Part shown: positions 47,080 through 57,629 of the stretch, piece by piece
Layout: every line of letters begins with the position of its first letter
How positions within the stretch are numbered: the stretch's first letter is position 1
Source of the DNA: Fervidobacterium sp.
GTDB taxonomy: Bacteria; Thermotogota; Thermotogae; Thermotogales; Fervidobacteriaceae
DNA: 64,000 bases
Reading direction: 5' to 3'
NCBI GenBank assembly: GCA_049970055.1
Contig: JBMFNR010000003.1
Coordinates: 121,388 to 185,387, forward strand
Position numbers and translations under genes: made by a program
The notes under the pieces: generated by a model
The model's database searches: none
What the model was told of the DNA's origin: nothing
Seen by the model: only the letters and a program-made list of their open reading frames with translations

Positions 47080-48387
47080 TCACGCTCCTCCAATTCTTAG
47101 TTCATCGCTAACAAAACCATTTTTCAAATAATCCCTTATCAAACCTATAAGATAAAAGGAGCCTGTGACAAATTTAACATCACTATCGATTTGCTTGAGA
47201 AGTTCAATGCCAGCTATAGGGTCCGGTTCTAAAATAACACTTTTACAAAACTGTTTGGCGATATTGTATGTTTCTTCTATCTTTTGAGCACGTTTTGTTG
47301 GTGGTTTTGTAACAATGAGCACTTCAAACTTAGGGCCAAGCTTTTCAAGAACACGTATTTTGTCTTTGTCGTCAACAATACCAAAGAGTGCAGCGAGTTT
47401 TTTGTCTGGAAAGTATATGTCGACATTTTCGCTGAGGATTTCAGCTGCCTGTGGATTATGTGAACCATCGAGTATTAATCCATCAAATAGTTCGAATCTC
47501 CCAGGTATAAATGCATTTTCAAAAGCTTTTTTCGCAGCATCTTCATCTAGCTTGTTAATAATTTCAAAAGCCTTAAGTGCTAGCGCAAAATTGTATAATT
47601 GGTGTTTTCCATTCAATCGTACGGGAATATTTTTCATTGTTAATTCGCCATAGTAATTGTAAAGATTTTTATTAAAATCATATTTAACAACCTCAGCGTA
47701 AAAATCTTTTCCAAACTCATAAAACTTAGCTCCACGTTCGTTTGCCACGTTTTTTATCACATCTTTGGCCTCTTTTGCCATGTTACCTACGACAACTGGT
47801 ACCCCTTGTTTGATAATTCCTGCTTTTTCAAAAGCAATCTCTTCAACAGTTTTTCCAAGAACATTTGTGTGTTCTAGTGAGACAGTAGTGATGACTGAAA
47901 CAACGGGTGTGATAACATTCGTAGAGTCAAAACGTCCACCAAGTCCAACTTCAACACTTCCATATTCTGCGTTCTTTTGTTTGGTTAAGTAAAAATACAT
48001 TGCTGTCATGTATTCAAAAAAGCTCGGTGAAAATTCATCTCCTATTTTGTCCATCTCTTCTGCAAACACTTTAACAAACTCGGAAGCTTCCACAAATTCG
48101 TCCTTCGAAATGAGCTTTGTGTTCCAATGGAACCTTTCAAGTATGGTCGATAAGTGCGGAGAATAAAATCCTGTCACATTGTAACCGTGATAGTAAGTTA
48201 AGTATTCAAGAAACGTTGTAACGCTACCCTTGCCATTTGAGCCTGTTATGTGAAAATACTTAACCCCCAAATGGGGATTACCCATCCGGGAGAGTAATTG
48301 CTCTATTCTAAACAATCCAAGCTTCATTGTATTGTATGGCCTTGTAAAATATAAATACCTTAAAACATCTAAAAACTCCATACGCAC
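47080..48387 (-). CDS. folC: Bifunctional folylpolyglutamate synthase / dihydrofolate synthase
   Basis: 435 aa with a Mur-ligase P-loop (TGSNGKGS), and DGSHNP in the C-terminal domain. Confidence 0.9.
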   Translation of the reverse strand: MRMEFLDVLRYLYFTRPYNTMKLGLFRIEQLLSRMGNPHLGVKYFHITGSNGKGSVTTFLEYLTYYHGYNVTGFYSPHLSTILERFHWNTKLISKDEFVEASEFVKVFAEEMDKIGDEFSPSFFEYMTAMYFYLTKQKNAEYGSVEVGLGGRFDSTNVITPVVSVITTVSLEHTNVLGKTVEEIAFEKAGIIKQGVPVVVGNMAKEAKDVIKNVANERGAKFYEFGKDFYAEVVKYDFNKNLYNYYGELTMKNIPVRLNGKHQLYNFALALKAFEIINKLDEDAAKKAFENAFIPGRFELFDGLILDGSHNPQAAEILSENVDIYFPDKKLAALFGIVDDKDKIRVLEKLGPKFEVLIVTKPPTKRAQKIEETYNIAKQFCKSVILEPDPIAGIELLKQIDSDVKFVTGSFYLIGLIRDYLKNGFVSDELRIGGA

Positions 48388-48390
48388 TCA

Positions 48391-50997
48391 TCATTTCTTT
48401 TCATTTAAATCTGAGATAATCTGCTCTATCCTATTTATTTGCTCTTGGAAGAGCTTTTGCTTTTCTTTTGTTTCCTCGACTACATCTTCTGGGGCATTTC
48501 TTACAAAGTTTTCATCCTCAAGCTTTTTCGAAAACTTTTCCATATCGGCCTTCAACTTTTCCACTTTTTTTCTAAGTCTTGCTACTTCTGAGTTGATATC
48601 TATCAACGCACCAAGTGATACGTAGACTTCATTGTGCATCGAAACATAAGCAGTAGCACTCAAATCTGGCCTTGAATCCACAAACGTTATATTTTCAACA
48701 TTTGCAAGAAATTTCACATATTCCTTTTCCTCATCTAAGAGCTCTCCTTTTACAAATACTTCTACTTTTGTTGCCTGAGGAACATTAACTTCTGCTCTTA
48801 CGTTCCTTATTCCTCTTATTATGTCCATTATCTCTCTAAAACGCTCTTCTGATATTTCATCTATCAATCCAGTATCAACGCTTGGCCATTTGGCAATGAC
48901 TATCGATTCTGAGCTCGTTGGTAATTTCGTCCATAATTCTTCCGTTAAGAATGGCATAAATGGGTGGAGTAAGCGTAAGCTCATATCTAAAACGTAGACA
49001 AGTACGTTTTGAACAACTTTTCTATCTTCCGTTTTCAGTCTATTTTTTACCGCCTCAATGTACCAATCGCACAATTCATCCCAGAAGAAGTTATAAATTT
49101 CGCCTGCCGCGACATTGAAATCGTAATTGTCAAGAGCGCTTGTAACTTTTCCCATAGTTTTTTGTAATCTTGAGAGTATCCATTTATCAACTAACTTTAA
49201 CTTAGAAATTCTAATTTCTTGTTTTTCAAAATCATCAAGATTCATTAATACAAATCTTGTTGCGTTCCAAATTTTGTTTGCAAACTTTTTATATGTATCA
49301 AAGAATCTAACATCAAGCTTTAAATCCCTTCCTTGAGCTGCCAAAATCGCAAGTGTAAATCGCATTGGATCAGAACCGTATTCATCAATAACCTCCAGTG
49401 GGTCTATTCCATTACCGAGTGATTTACTCATCTTTCTTCCATACTTATCCCTAACAAGTTGGTGGATATACACTTCACTGAATGGCTTTTCGTTCATAAA
49501 TTCATATCCCATCATAATCATACGCGCAACCCAGAAGAAAATTATATCAAACCCTGTTACAAGAACATCTGTTGGGTAGTACCTTTCAAGATCGGCTGTT
49601 TTCTCAGGCCATCCCAGTGTACTAAAAGGCCAAAGTGCAGAACTAAACCAGGTATCGAGAACATCTTCATCTTGCTTCAAATTAGTACTTCCACACTTTT
49701 CACATTTTTGTGGTTCTTCCTCGGAAACATTGTAATGTCCACAATCTTGGCACTGCCAAACAGGTATTCTGTGTCCCCACCAAAGCTGCCTGCTTATACA
49801 CCAGTCTCTTATTTCGTACATCCAGTTAAGATAAACCTTTTTCCATCTTTCTGGGACAAACTTAACTTCATCATTTTCGACAGATTCAATAGCGCGTTTG
49901 GCAAGAGGTTTCATACTAACAAACCATTGATCCAGTAACCTTGGTTCCACAACAGTATCGCACCTGTAGCATCTTCCAACGGAATGTTTTATTTTTTCCA
50001 ACTTTACCAAATATCCCTGAGCTTCAAGTTCTTCAATAACAGCTTTTCTTGCCTGTTCTGCTGTTAGTCCTCTAAATTTTCCGCCATTTTCGTTAATCAC
50101 GATATTTTCGTCAAAAATATCCACAAAAGGTAAATTATGGCGTTGGCCTATTAAGTAATCGTTGGGATCATGAGCTGGTGTAACTTTTAATGCACCTGTA
50201 CCGAACGAAGGATCTACGTAGCTATCTGCAATAATAGGAATTTCTCTGCCAACTATGGGAATAATTGCTATTTTTCCAACATACTGCTTGTACCTTTCAT
50301 CAGATGGATGTACTGCTATAGCTGTATCGCCAAGCATCGTTTCCGGCCGAGTTGTTGCAATAATAATATGATTATCCTCTCCCTTGAGCGGGTATTTTAT
50401 GTAATAAAGTGCTCCATCTTCTTCGTGGTACTCTACCTCTTCGTCTGAAAGAACGGTCCCGCACCTGTGACACCAATTTACAATATACTTTCCTTTGTAT
50501 ATCAGTCCTTTTTTGTACAGTTCAGCGAAAACCTTTCTGACAGCTTTAGAAAGCCCTTCATCGAGCGTAAATCTCTCCCTCGACCAGTCAACGGAAGCAC
50601 CGATAGACATTATCTGACTCTTAATTTCATTTCTGTACTTATCTGCCCAATCCCATACAATTTTCAGAAATTCTTCTCTTGTAAACTCTCTCTTACTCTT
50701 ACCTTGTGTGGCAAGAAATTTTTCAACTGCTGTTTGTGTAGCTATACCCGCATGGTCTTCTCCTGGGAGCCAGAGAACATCAAATCCTTGCATCCTTTTG
50801 TATCTACTCAATATATCTTGTATCGTTATATTAAGAGCATGGCCCATGTGGATTCTTCCAGTTATGTTTGGTGGTGGGATAACGATAGAATACTTTGGTC
50901 CTGTCCCACGAGGTGTAAAATACTTTTTTTCCAGCCAATGTTTGTACCATTTCATTTCGATATTTTTTGGGTCATATCTTGTACCAATCTCCATCAA
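48391..50997 (-). CDS. valS: Valine--tRNA ligase
   Basis: 868 aa with the HIGH motif (PPNITGRIHMGHAL), the KMSKS motif (GRKMSKSLGN), an editing domain and a C-terminal coiled coil. Confidence 0.97.
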   Translation of the reverse strand: MMEIGTRYDPKNIEMKWYKHWLEKKYFTPRGTGPKYSIVIPPPNITGRIHMGHALNITIQDILSRYKRMQGFDVLWLPGEDHAGIATQTAVEKFLATQGKSKREFTREEFLKIVWDWADKYRNEIKSQIMSIGASVDWSRERFTLDEGLSKAVRKVFAELYKKGLIYKGKYIVNWCHRCGTVLSDEEVEYHEEDGALYYIKYPLKGEDNHIIIATTRPETMLGDTAIAVHPSDERYKQYVGKIAIIPIVGREIPIIADSYVDPSFGTGALKVTPAHDPNDYLIGQRHNLPFVDIFDENIVINENGGKFRGLTAEQARKAVIEELEAQGYLVKLEKIKHSVGRCYRCDTVVEPRLLDQWFVSMKPLAKRAIESVENDEVKFVPERWKKVYLNWMYEIRDWCISRQLWWGHRIPVWQCQDCGHYNVSEEEPQKCEKCGSTNLKQDEDVLDTWFSSALWPFSTLGWPEKTADLERYYPTDVLVTGFDIIFFWVARMIMMGYEFMNEKPFSEVYIHQLVRDKYGRKMSKSLGNGIDPLEVIDEYGSDPMRFTLAILAAQGRDLKLDVRFFDTYKKFANKIWNATRFVLMNLDDFEKQEIRISKLKLVDKWILSRLQKTMGKVTSALDNYDFNVAAGEIYNFFWDELCDWYIEAVKNRLKTEDRKVVQNVLVYVLDMSLRLLHPFMPFLTEELWTKLPTSSESIVIAKWPSVDTGLIDEISEERFREIMDIIRGIRNVRAEVNVPQATKVEVFVKGELLDEEKEYVKFLANVENITFVDSRPDLSATAYVSMHNEVYVSLGALIDINSEVARLRKKVEKLKADMEKFSKKLEDENFVRNAPEDVVEETKEKQKLFQEQINRIEQIISDLNEKK

Positions 50998-51404
50998 TGC
51001 GCACCTCCGACACTCTTTATATCTATCTCACAATCTATTTGGATTTTTTCATTTCCATAAGTTAATAGTAGATAATGTAAAGAGTCCTTTATTCTACTAG
51101 CAATCTTATGCACGTCTGTATCTGAAATTCCGTGAACAACTATGCAAAATTCATTGTCACCTAGTTTGCACACAAGATCTTTTGGAAGTCTTACACTATG
51201 CTTTATTACAGATGATACTCTTGAAAGCACAAAGTTTCTAACATTTTCATCAGAAGAAGGAAAATTCAACTTCACATCTAATAGATAAAATAGTTCCACA
51301 GAATTCTTTAACTCCTCGAGAACTTTCTGAGCAAATTCTTGGTTTGGTAATCTTGTTATAGGGTCAACCCACTCACCAGTTAACAAATTCAGAAATCCTG
51401 ACAT
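50994..51404 (-). CDS. Stand-alone truncated, degenerate GGDEF-like domain protein
   Basis: 136 aa. DPITRLPNQEF corresponds to DPLTGLPNR, LLDVKLNF to DIDHFK, and KLGDNEFCIVV to RxGGDEFxxxL. Its stop overlaps the valS start (ATGA). Confidence 0.6.
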   Translation of the reverse strand: MSGFLNLLTGEWVDPITRLPNQEFAQKVLEELKNSVELFYLLDVKLNFPSSDENVRNFVLSRVSSVIKHSVRLPKDLVCKLGDNEFCIVVHGISDTDVHKIASRIKDSLHYLLLTYGNEKIQIDCEIDIKSVGGAH

Positions 51405-51494
51405 AATTTCATCCTCCTACGATTTGCTTAATAAATTTTACCATACTTATTCTTGTATGAAAATACCTAAGTTACTTTGATTTAAACATCACCA

Positions 51495-51523
51495 TTGAAA
51501 AACTTGGAGCTCTATGCTAAAAT
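51495..51523 (+). promoter_or_regulatory. Candidate promoter for the MFS gene: TTGAAA-17-TAAAAT
   Basis: The -35 is at 51495-51500, followed by a 17-nt spacer and the -10 at 51518-51523. Confidence 0.55.
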
Positions 51524-51562
51524 TTCATAAAGTTCGTAAAACAAACTAAAAGCCAAAGGGGA

Positions 51563-52690
51563 GTGAATAGATTGATTATAAATATAATTCCATTTATTGC
51601 TATTGTATCACACTTTTTACTTGATTTCTTAGTTTCTTTTTTCAACCCACTTGGTCCTTATCTAATAGAGAAATTTAGTATAGAAGTTAGGTTATTTACA
51701 ACTTTTCTCACACTCTCTTCAGCAATAGCTAGTTTGCTCCAGATATTTTTTGGATTTTGGTTTGATAGCAGCGTGACTACTAAAAAATACATTGTTTTGA
51801 TGTACTTCCTTGAAGCTTTAGGAATAACCATACTTGGTGTTTCAACAAATTTTTGGGTTGCTTTACTGGCAATATTTATAATCAGGATTGCCAATTCAGC
51901 TTTTCATCCACTTGGTGCGTCCATGGCAGGCGAAGGAAGTGGGAAGAGCGTTGCTATTTTTTCAATCGCTGGAACTCTTGGTGCGGCACTTGGACCAATA
52001 TTTATTTCGTTTTACGTTTCAAAACTACCACTCTCAACGTTATGGGTTGTTTCAGTCCCATTTTTAATCATAGCCTATTTTATGGTCAAATTAAAAGTGC
52101 CTAATAAAAGCACTAATCACAATAAAAGGATAACATTCAAAGAATTTTCCGTCTTAATTCCTATACTTCAAGTTGTGACAATCAGGAGTTTCTTAATGTC
52201 GGTAGTTCATATGTATACTCCGATTTTTGTAACTAACATTAGAGGTTATCCAATAACGTTGTCAGGTACCTTGATTACATCCGGCATGCTTACAGGCGTT
52301 TTTGCAAATTACATAGGCGTATTGCTACTGGAAAAGATAGGTGCCAAAAAACAAGATTTTGTAGCGTTTGTTGGGATGGCACTTTCTATATTTGCGTTAC
52401 TTACTTCAAAATCATTCTTAGGATTGTTTTTTTCATTTGTGTTTTTTGATTTTTCCGGGTTTTTGCTGATGTCGGCAAATGTTGTTCAGGCGCAAAAGAT
52501 ATTACCTAACAGAAAAGCTTTTGCTTCTTCGGTTGCTATGGGATTTGCTTGGTCCATTGGAGATTTTATAGCCTCGGCTTATAATTCCGTTTTTGGTAAT
52601 GACGTAAAACTTTCGCTCACTCTTGTAATACCAATTGCAATTATTGCTTCAATATATTTTGGCATCATTCAAAAGTTCGACACAAAGTAA
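51563..52690 (+). CDS. MFS transporter
   Basis: 375 aa with a 12-TM-like profile and an MFS loop 2-3-like FIIRIANSAFHP. It has a non-ATG start and the exact start is uncertain. Confidence 0.8.
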   Translation: MNRLIINIIPFIAIVSHFLLDFLVSFFNPLGPYLIEKFSIEVRLFTTFLTLSSAIASLLQIFFGFWFDSSVTTKKYIVLMYFLEALGITILGVSTNFWVALLAIFIIRIANSAFHPLGASMAGEGSGKSVAIFSIAGTLGAALGPIFISFYVSKLPLSTLWVVSVPFLIIAYFMVKLKVPNKSTNHNKRITFKEFSVLIPILQVVTIRSFLMSVVHMYTPIFVTNIRGYPITLSGTLITSGMLTGVFANYIGVLLLEKIGAKKQDFVAFVGMALSIFALLTSKSFLGLFFSFVFFDFSGFLLMSANVVQAQKILPNRKAFASSVAMGFAWSIGDFIASAYNSVFGNDVKLSLTLVIPIAIIASIYFGIIQKFDTK

Positions 52691-52750
52691 AAATCAAAGT
52701 AAAAGATGCTCTAGTTTCAAGTACATAAAGGTTCATTAAACTTGTTATGT

Positions 52751-52778
52751 TTCAGGTGGCAACCACCTGAATTTTTTG
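52751..52778 (+). terminator. Intrinsic terminator
   Basis: TTCAGGTGG-caa-CCACCTGAA (9-bp stem) followed by TTTTTTG. Confidence 0.85.
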
Positions 52779-52841
52779 TTATGAATTTAGCTAAACATGT
52801 TGTATAATTAATAGATAGAAAGATTTCGGGGAGGACTAAAA

Positions 52842-54179
52842 ATGGATCAACGTATCGAAAATGTGTACATTGAAAAATGGGCTTACGGTGGATACGGACT
52901 TGGAAAACTGCCTGGTGGAAAATTGCTACTTGTCGAGGGTGCGTATCCTGGAGAACTTGTTAATGTGAGGGTTACACAAGAAAAAACAGATGTTGCATTT
53001 GGAAAAACCGAGGAGATCTTGGAACGTGCAAGTTACAGAAGAGCACCAAAGTGTAAATATTTTGGCATATGTGGCGGATGTCATATTATGGATGTTACCT
53101 ACGAAAAACAATTAGAATTTAAACGCGACATAGTATTAGATCAACTACGAAGAATTGCCAAACTTGATCTAGATGTAAACAAAACGATGGAAAGCGACTT
53201 GGAATTCGGTTATAGAAATAAGATGGAGTATACCTTCGCTTACGAAGATGGCAAAGTTCATTTGGGATTGAAGATGCGTAATTCAAATAAAGTTGTACCG
53301 ATTAACGAATGTCCCATCTCTCCATCATCTTTCGTTAAATCACTCCAACAGGTGCCTGAAATTGTTGAAATGAGTAAAGCAAAGATTTACAATCAAAAAA
53401 AACGTACTGGTACTCTAAAGCACCTAGTTATGAGATATTCACACTCTAATAACCAGACAATGGCGATATTTGTTACAAAAACCGAGCGATTTGAAGAAGC
53501 AAAGTTTATTAGAACAGAGTTAATCAAAAGGATTCCACAAATAAATTCTATCATACACGTTATGAACTCTTCGGATGATATTGTACTCAGAGGGCCATAT
53601 AAAACACTCTACGGTTCTGGTGTAATTGAAATAGAGATGGACTATGAGAAATTTCAGATCCCTCCAACCGCATTTTTCCAAAATAATTACAATGTTGCAT
53701 CTAAAATGGTTGATTATGTAACAAAAAAACTAAATCTGAGTGGAAATGAAATTGTACTTGACTTGTATGCGGGGGTTGGTACATTCACAATGAGACTTGC
53801 TATGCTTTCGAAGCACGTTATCGCAGTCGAAAATTCTCACATTTCCGCTAAGGCGGGAAGAGCCAATGCAAATATAAATAACCTCAGAAACGTAAAATAT
53901 GACGAGTCTGACGTCGGAAATTTTCTAAGATCTTTCGATCAGAGAGCTGATGTTGTGGTTCTTGATCCACCAAGAAGTGGGGCAGGAAAAGAAATATGCA
54001 ACGAAATACTTCGTATTTCTCCAAGTAAGATAGCGTATATTTCTTGCGATCCATCAACATTGGCGAGGGATTTGAGCGTTCTAAAAGAACGTTACGAAAT
54101 TATTGAAGTGCAACCTTTTGATATGTTTCCACAGACTTATCACGTTGAAACGGTAGTAACAATGGTACTAAAAACCTAA
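52842..54179 (+). CDS. rlmD: 23S rRNA (uracil-C5)-methyltransferase, RlmD/RumA family (TRAM, [4Fe-4S] and SAM MTase domains)
   Basis: 445 aa with a TRAM-like N-terminus and a Cys cluster (CKYFGICGGCH plus ECP). The SAM motif is LDLYAGVGTF and the catalytic region is ISCDPSTLARD. Confidence 0.85.
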   Translation: MDQRIENVYIEKWAYGGYGLGKLPGGKLLLVEGAYPGELVNVRVTQEKTDVAFGKTEEILERASYRRAPKCKYFGICGGCHIMDVTYEKQLEFKRDIVLDQLRRIAKLDLDVNKTMESDLEFGYRNKMEYTFAYEDGKVHLGLKMRNSNKVVPINECPISPSSFVKSLQQVPEIVEMSKAKIYNQKKRTGTLKHLVMRYSHSNNQTMAIFVTKTERFEEAKFIRTELIKRIPQINSIIHVMNSSDDIVLRGPYKTLYGSGVIEIEMDYEKFQIPPTAFFQNNYNVASKMVDYVTKKLNLSGNEIVLDLYAGVGTFTMRLAMLSKHVIAVENSHISAKAGRANANINNLRNVKYDESDVGNFLRSFDQRADVVVLDPPRSGAGKEICNEILRISPSKIAYISCDPSTLARDLSVLKERYEIIEVQPFDMFPQTYHVETVVTMVLKT

Positions 54180-54252
54180 AACTTAGACTTGATATATGTT
54201 TGTAATATGTTAAAATATCTTTGAAAGATGACTGATGGGAGGTGGAAAGAAT

Positions 54253-55443
54253 ATGGAAATTGTAGCGAAAATAGTTGACGGTGTGTATTACGTTGGGATG
54301 AATGACAGAGATACGCATTTATTTGAAAATATTTGGCCACTGCCAAAAGGGGTATCATACAACTCTTACTTGATTGTTGACGAAAAGACTGCCCTGATAG
54401 ATACTGTTAAAGTGAACAAAATGAAGGATTACATCGAGAAAATAAATCAGATCTTGGATGGAAAACCCCTTGATTATCTCATAATCGATCACATGGAACC
54501 GGATCATTCTGGTGCAATTTCATCGATAATCCACGCATTTCCAAATGTAAAGATCGTTGGCAACAAGAAAACATTTGAATTCATCAAAGCTATGTACCAT
54601 TTGGAAGGGAACCTCTATGAAGTCAAAGACGGTGATGAAATTATCCTTGGAAAAAGAAAATTGAAATTTTTCATGACGCCAATGGTACATTGGCCAGAGA
54701 CGATGATGACTTACGAAGTGAACGATAAAATACTCTTTTCCGGTGATGCGTTTGGCGGATTTGGAACACTCGATGGAGGTATTTTTGATGACGAGGTTGA
54801 TGTTAAATACTTCGAAAATGAAATAAGAAGATACTATTCGAATATAGTAGGTAAATTTGGTCCCATGGTACAAAAGGCCCTTCAAAAGCTTAGCAATTTA
54901 GAAATTAAGGTTGTATGTTCAACCCACGGTCCTGTGTGGCGTACAAACCCTGGCCGTATAATATCTGCATACGACAGGTGGAGTAAATATGAATACGAAG
55001 AGGGCGTTGTAATAGCGTATGGAACAATGTATGGCAGCACAGAGAAAATGGCGGATTATATTGCAAGGGTATTAGCCGATGAAGGTATTAAAAACATACG
55101 CGTTATGAACACTTCTACAACACACGAATCTTTCATAATAAATGAAATATGGCGCTTTAAAGGGATCATACTGGGCACTTGTACGTACAACAACTGGATC
55201 TTCCCACCGATGGAAAATTTAGTAATAAACCTTTCTCACAAGGGACTCCCGAATAGAGTATTTGGCGTGTTTGGCACATACGGTTGGAGCGGTGGAGGAG
55301 TTAAAGGAATAGTTGAATACATCCAGAAAAACAAGTGGGAAATGATTGGAGAACCAGTCGAAGTTCAATTTTCTCCAAAAGAAGAAGATTTTGAAAAATT
55401 GAGAAGACTTGCAGTCGAGATGGCAAAAGCAGTGAAAAAATAA
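54253..55443 (+). CDS. fprA: Flavodiiron protein (FprA, A-type flavoprotein; O2/NO reductase)
   Basis: The ATG at 54253 follows GGGAGGTGG. The diiron motif is DHMEPDHSG, and the C-terminal flavodoxin domain includes VIAYGTMYGSTEKMA. Confidence 0.9.
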   Translation: MEIVAKIVDGVYYVGMNDRDTHLFENIWPLPKGVSYNSYLIVDEKTALIDTVKVNKMKDYIEKINQILDGKPLDYLIIDHMEPDHSGAISSIIHAFPNVKIVGNKKTFEFIKAMYHLEGNLYEVKDGDEIILGKRKLKFFMTPMVHWPETMMTYEVNDKILFSGDAFGGFGTLDGGIFDDEVDVKYFENEIRRYYSNIVGKFGPMVQKALQKLSNLEIKVVCSTHGPVWRTNPGRIISAYDRWSKYEYEEGVVIAYGTMYGSTEKMADYIARVLADEGIKNIRVMNTSTTHESFIINEIWRFKGIILGTCTYNNWIFPPMENLVINLSHKGLPNRVFGVFGTYGWSGGGVKGIVEYIQKNKWEMIGEPVEVQFSPKEEDFEKLRRLAVEMAKAVKK

Positions 55444-55464
55444 CCCGATAAAAATTCAATAAAA

Positions 55465-55490
55465 AGCCAGGTCTTCACCTGGCTTTTTTC
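55465..55490. terminator. Bidirectional intrinsic terminator between convergent genes
   Basis: AGCCAGGT-cttc-ACCTGGCT, flanked by AAAAA upstream and TTTTTT downstream. Confidence 0.85.
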
Positions 55491-55515
55491 ATTTCTATTA
55501 CCAATTACCCGACAA

Positions 55516-56472
55516 TTACCAAACGAGATTTGGCGGAATTCTTCCTTCTAGCGCTTCTATAATGTTTACTGCCACCATTTCAGACATCTTTTCTCTTGTT
55601 TCGTAAGTGGCTGAACCTATATGTGGTAAAAGCACCACGTTTTCAAGTTTTTCCAAACCGTGAGTGAGCATTGGTTCGTTTTCGTAAACATCTAATCCGG
55701 CTCCAGCTATTTTACCTTCTTTTAAAACTTCATACAGAGCTAATTCATCTATAACTGGACCTCGCGCAGTGTTAACGATTATCGCGGATGGTTTCATAAG
55801 CGCTATACGCTCTTTGTTTATTAAGTGGTATGTATCATTGGTCAGCGGTGTGTGTATTGATATAACATCAGAAACACTCATTAGTTCATCAAGTGGTAAG
55901 TAAGACGCGTTGAATTGTTTTTCAACATCTTCTGAGAGTCGCTTACGGTTGTGGTAAACGATCTTCATGCCAAACCCTATGGCACGTTTTGCAACAGCCT
56001 GACCGATGCGTCCCATACCAACGATTCCCAGTGTCTTACCAAAAAGATCGTAACCCAAAAATAACTTTGGTTTCCAACCTACGAATTTTCCTTCCCTGAC
56101 AAATTTGTCGGCTTGCACTATCTTCCTTGCCACAGCTAATATTAGCGCAAAAGCAGTATCAGCGGTTGCATCCGTCAGTACGCCTGGTGTGTTTGTTACA
56201 TATATTCCTCTTTCTTTTGCAGCTTGAATATCTATGTTATTGTACCCCACTGCGTAATTTGCGATAATTTTTGTTCTTTCAAGTGCGTATATAAAGTTTC
56301 TATCGATTGTATCTCTTAATTGTGTTATAATTCCATCCGCGTTCTTGGAACGCGCAATCATTTCCTCTTGACTTAGAAATTCTTCACCCTTATAGACATC
56401 AACTTCGTAGCCTCTCTCAATGAGCAAATTAATACCTTTTTCTGGTATATCGTATGTTACAAAGATCTTCAC
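55516..56472 (-). CDS. D-isomer-specific 2-hydroxyacid dehydrogenase (glyoxylate/hydroxypyruvate reductase-like)
   Basis: 318 aa with the NAD motif GIVGMGRIGQAVA and a catalytic R…E…H pattern (NTARG, LDVYENEP, PHIGSAT). Confidence 0.88.
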   Translation of the reverse strand: MKIFVTYDIPEKGINLLIERGYEVDVYKGEEFLSQEEMIARSKNADGIITQLRDTIDRNFIYALERTKIIANYAVGYNNIDIQAAKERGIYVTNTPGVLTDATADTAFALILAVARKIVQADKFVREGKFVGWKPKLFLGYDLFGKTLGIVGMGRIGQAVAKRAIGFGMKIVYHNRKRLSEDVEKQFNASYLPLDELMSVSDVISIHTPLTNDTYHLINKERIALMKPSAIIVNTARGPVIDELALYEVLKEGKIAGAGLDVYENEPMLTHGLEKLENVVLLPHIGSATYETREKMSEMVAVNIIEALEGRIPPNLVW

Positions 56473-57629
56473 ACGTGTTCACCCCACCACTTAATTTCTA
56501 CACCTTCTATGAAGACCTTTTCTACCTTTGCTTGTGGTAAGAATGGATCATTATCCCAGATAACAATATCTGCGTCTTTCCCTTCTTCAATAGAACCAAC
56601 CCTTTCGTCAATATTCAGTATCTTGGCAGCGTTAATTGTTAACATCTTTAAAATATCTTCTCTATTTGCCCCGAATCTCATAGCAATGGCCGCATGCATA
56701 TTTGCAAATTCAAGATGGTTAACAGGGTGGTCAACCATAATAGCTGTCAGCACACCTTTTTCGTTAAGTATTCTCACATTTTCATAGGTTTGATCTTTAA
56801 GTTCTATTTTTGTTCTAAATCCAAATGGACCAACGACAACCGGCACGTTGTTTTCGACTAAGTAATCAGCAACCTTGTACGCTTCCGTACCGTGTTCTAT
56901 TACAAGTTTAAAACCAAATTCCTTTGCTATTCGTATTGCAGTAACGATATCTTGAGCTCTATGTGCATGTATTCTTGCAGGAATTTCACCCCTTAGAACA
57001 AGTTCACCAACTTCAAGTTTTGGATCTCTATCAAGAAATACACCTTCTTTTTCTATTGCTCTTCTCTTCTTTTCGATATAATCTTGGACTTTGATAAAGT
57101 ACGCTCTCATAATTGCAGCTATTCCAAGTCTTGTTGAAGGTAATTTCTTAAGTTCCCCATAAACTCTTTTTGGATTTTCACCGGTTGCCATTTTCAATCC
57201 TGCGGGAGCCTTTATAACACATTTATCTACAATGTTTGATTTAAATTTAATGATAGCACCTTGCCCACCTATAACATTTGCACTTCCCGGTAAGATCATA
57301 ACCGTTGTAAAACCACCATCGAGTGCCCTTTTTATAGCCACATCATATGGATTAAACGCATCGATAGCTCTAACATCGGGTGTTACTGGTTCACCTATTT
57401 CATTACCATCCTGCATAGCTCCAACGGATTCTTCATATAAACCAATATGTGAATGTGCATCTATAAAGCCAGGGAGTACATATTTACCTGCTACGTCGAT
57501 AATTTTATCCGCTTTGACTTTAATCTTTCTCCCAACCTTAGCTATCTTGCCATTCTCGATAAGTACATCCCCGATAAATGTTCCGTTTGTGACTGTAACA
57601 ACACTTCCACCCGTTATAAGCACTTTCAT
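56469..57629 (-). CDS. Amidohydrolase family protein (substrate unknown)
   Basis: 386 aa with PGFIDAHSHIGL (HxH) and a C-terminal GSIEEGKDADIVIWD, typical of metal-dependent amidohydrolases. It overlaps the dehydrogenase start by 4 nt. Confidence 0.8.
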   Translation of the reverse strand: MKVLITGGSVVTVTNGTFIGDVLIENGKIAKVGRKIKVKADKIIDVAGKYVLPGFIDAHSHIGLYEESVGAMQDGNEIGEPVTPDVRAIDAFNPYDVAIKRALDGGFTTVMILPGSANVIGGQGAIIKFKSNIVDKCVIKAPAGLKMATGENPKRVYGELKKLPSTRLGIAAIMRAYFIKVQDYIEKKRRAIEKEGVFLDRDPKLEVGELVLRGEIPARIHAHRAQDIVTAIRIAKEFGFKLVIEHGTEAYKVADYLVENNVPVVVGPFGFRTKIELKDQTYENVRILNEKGVLTAIMVDHPVNHLEFANMHAAIAMRFGANREDILKMLTINAAKILNIDERVGSIEEGKDADIVIWDNDPFLPQAKVEKVFIEGVEIKWWGEHV

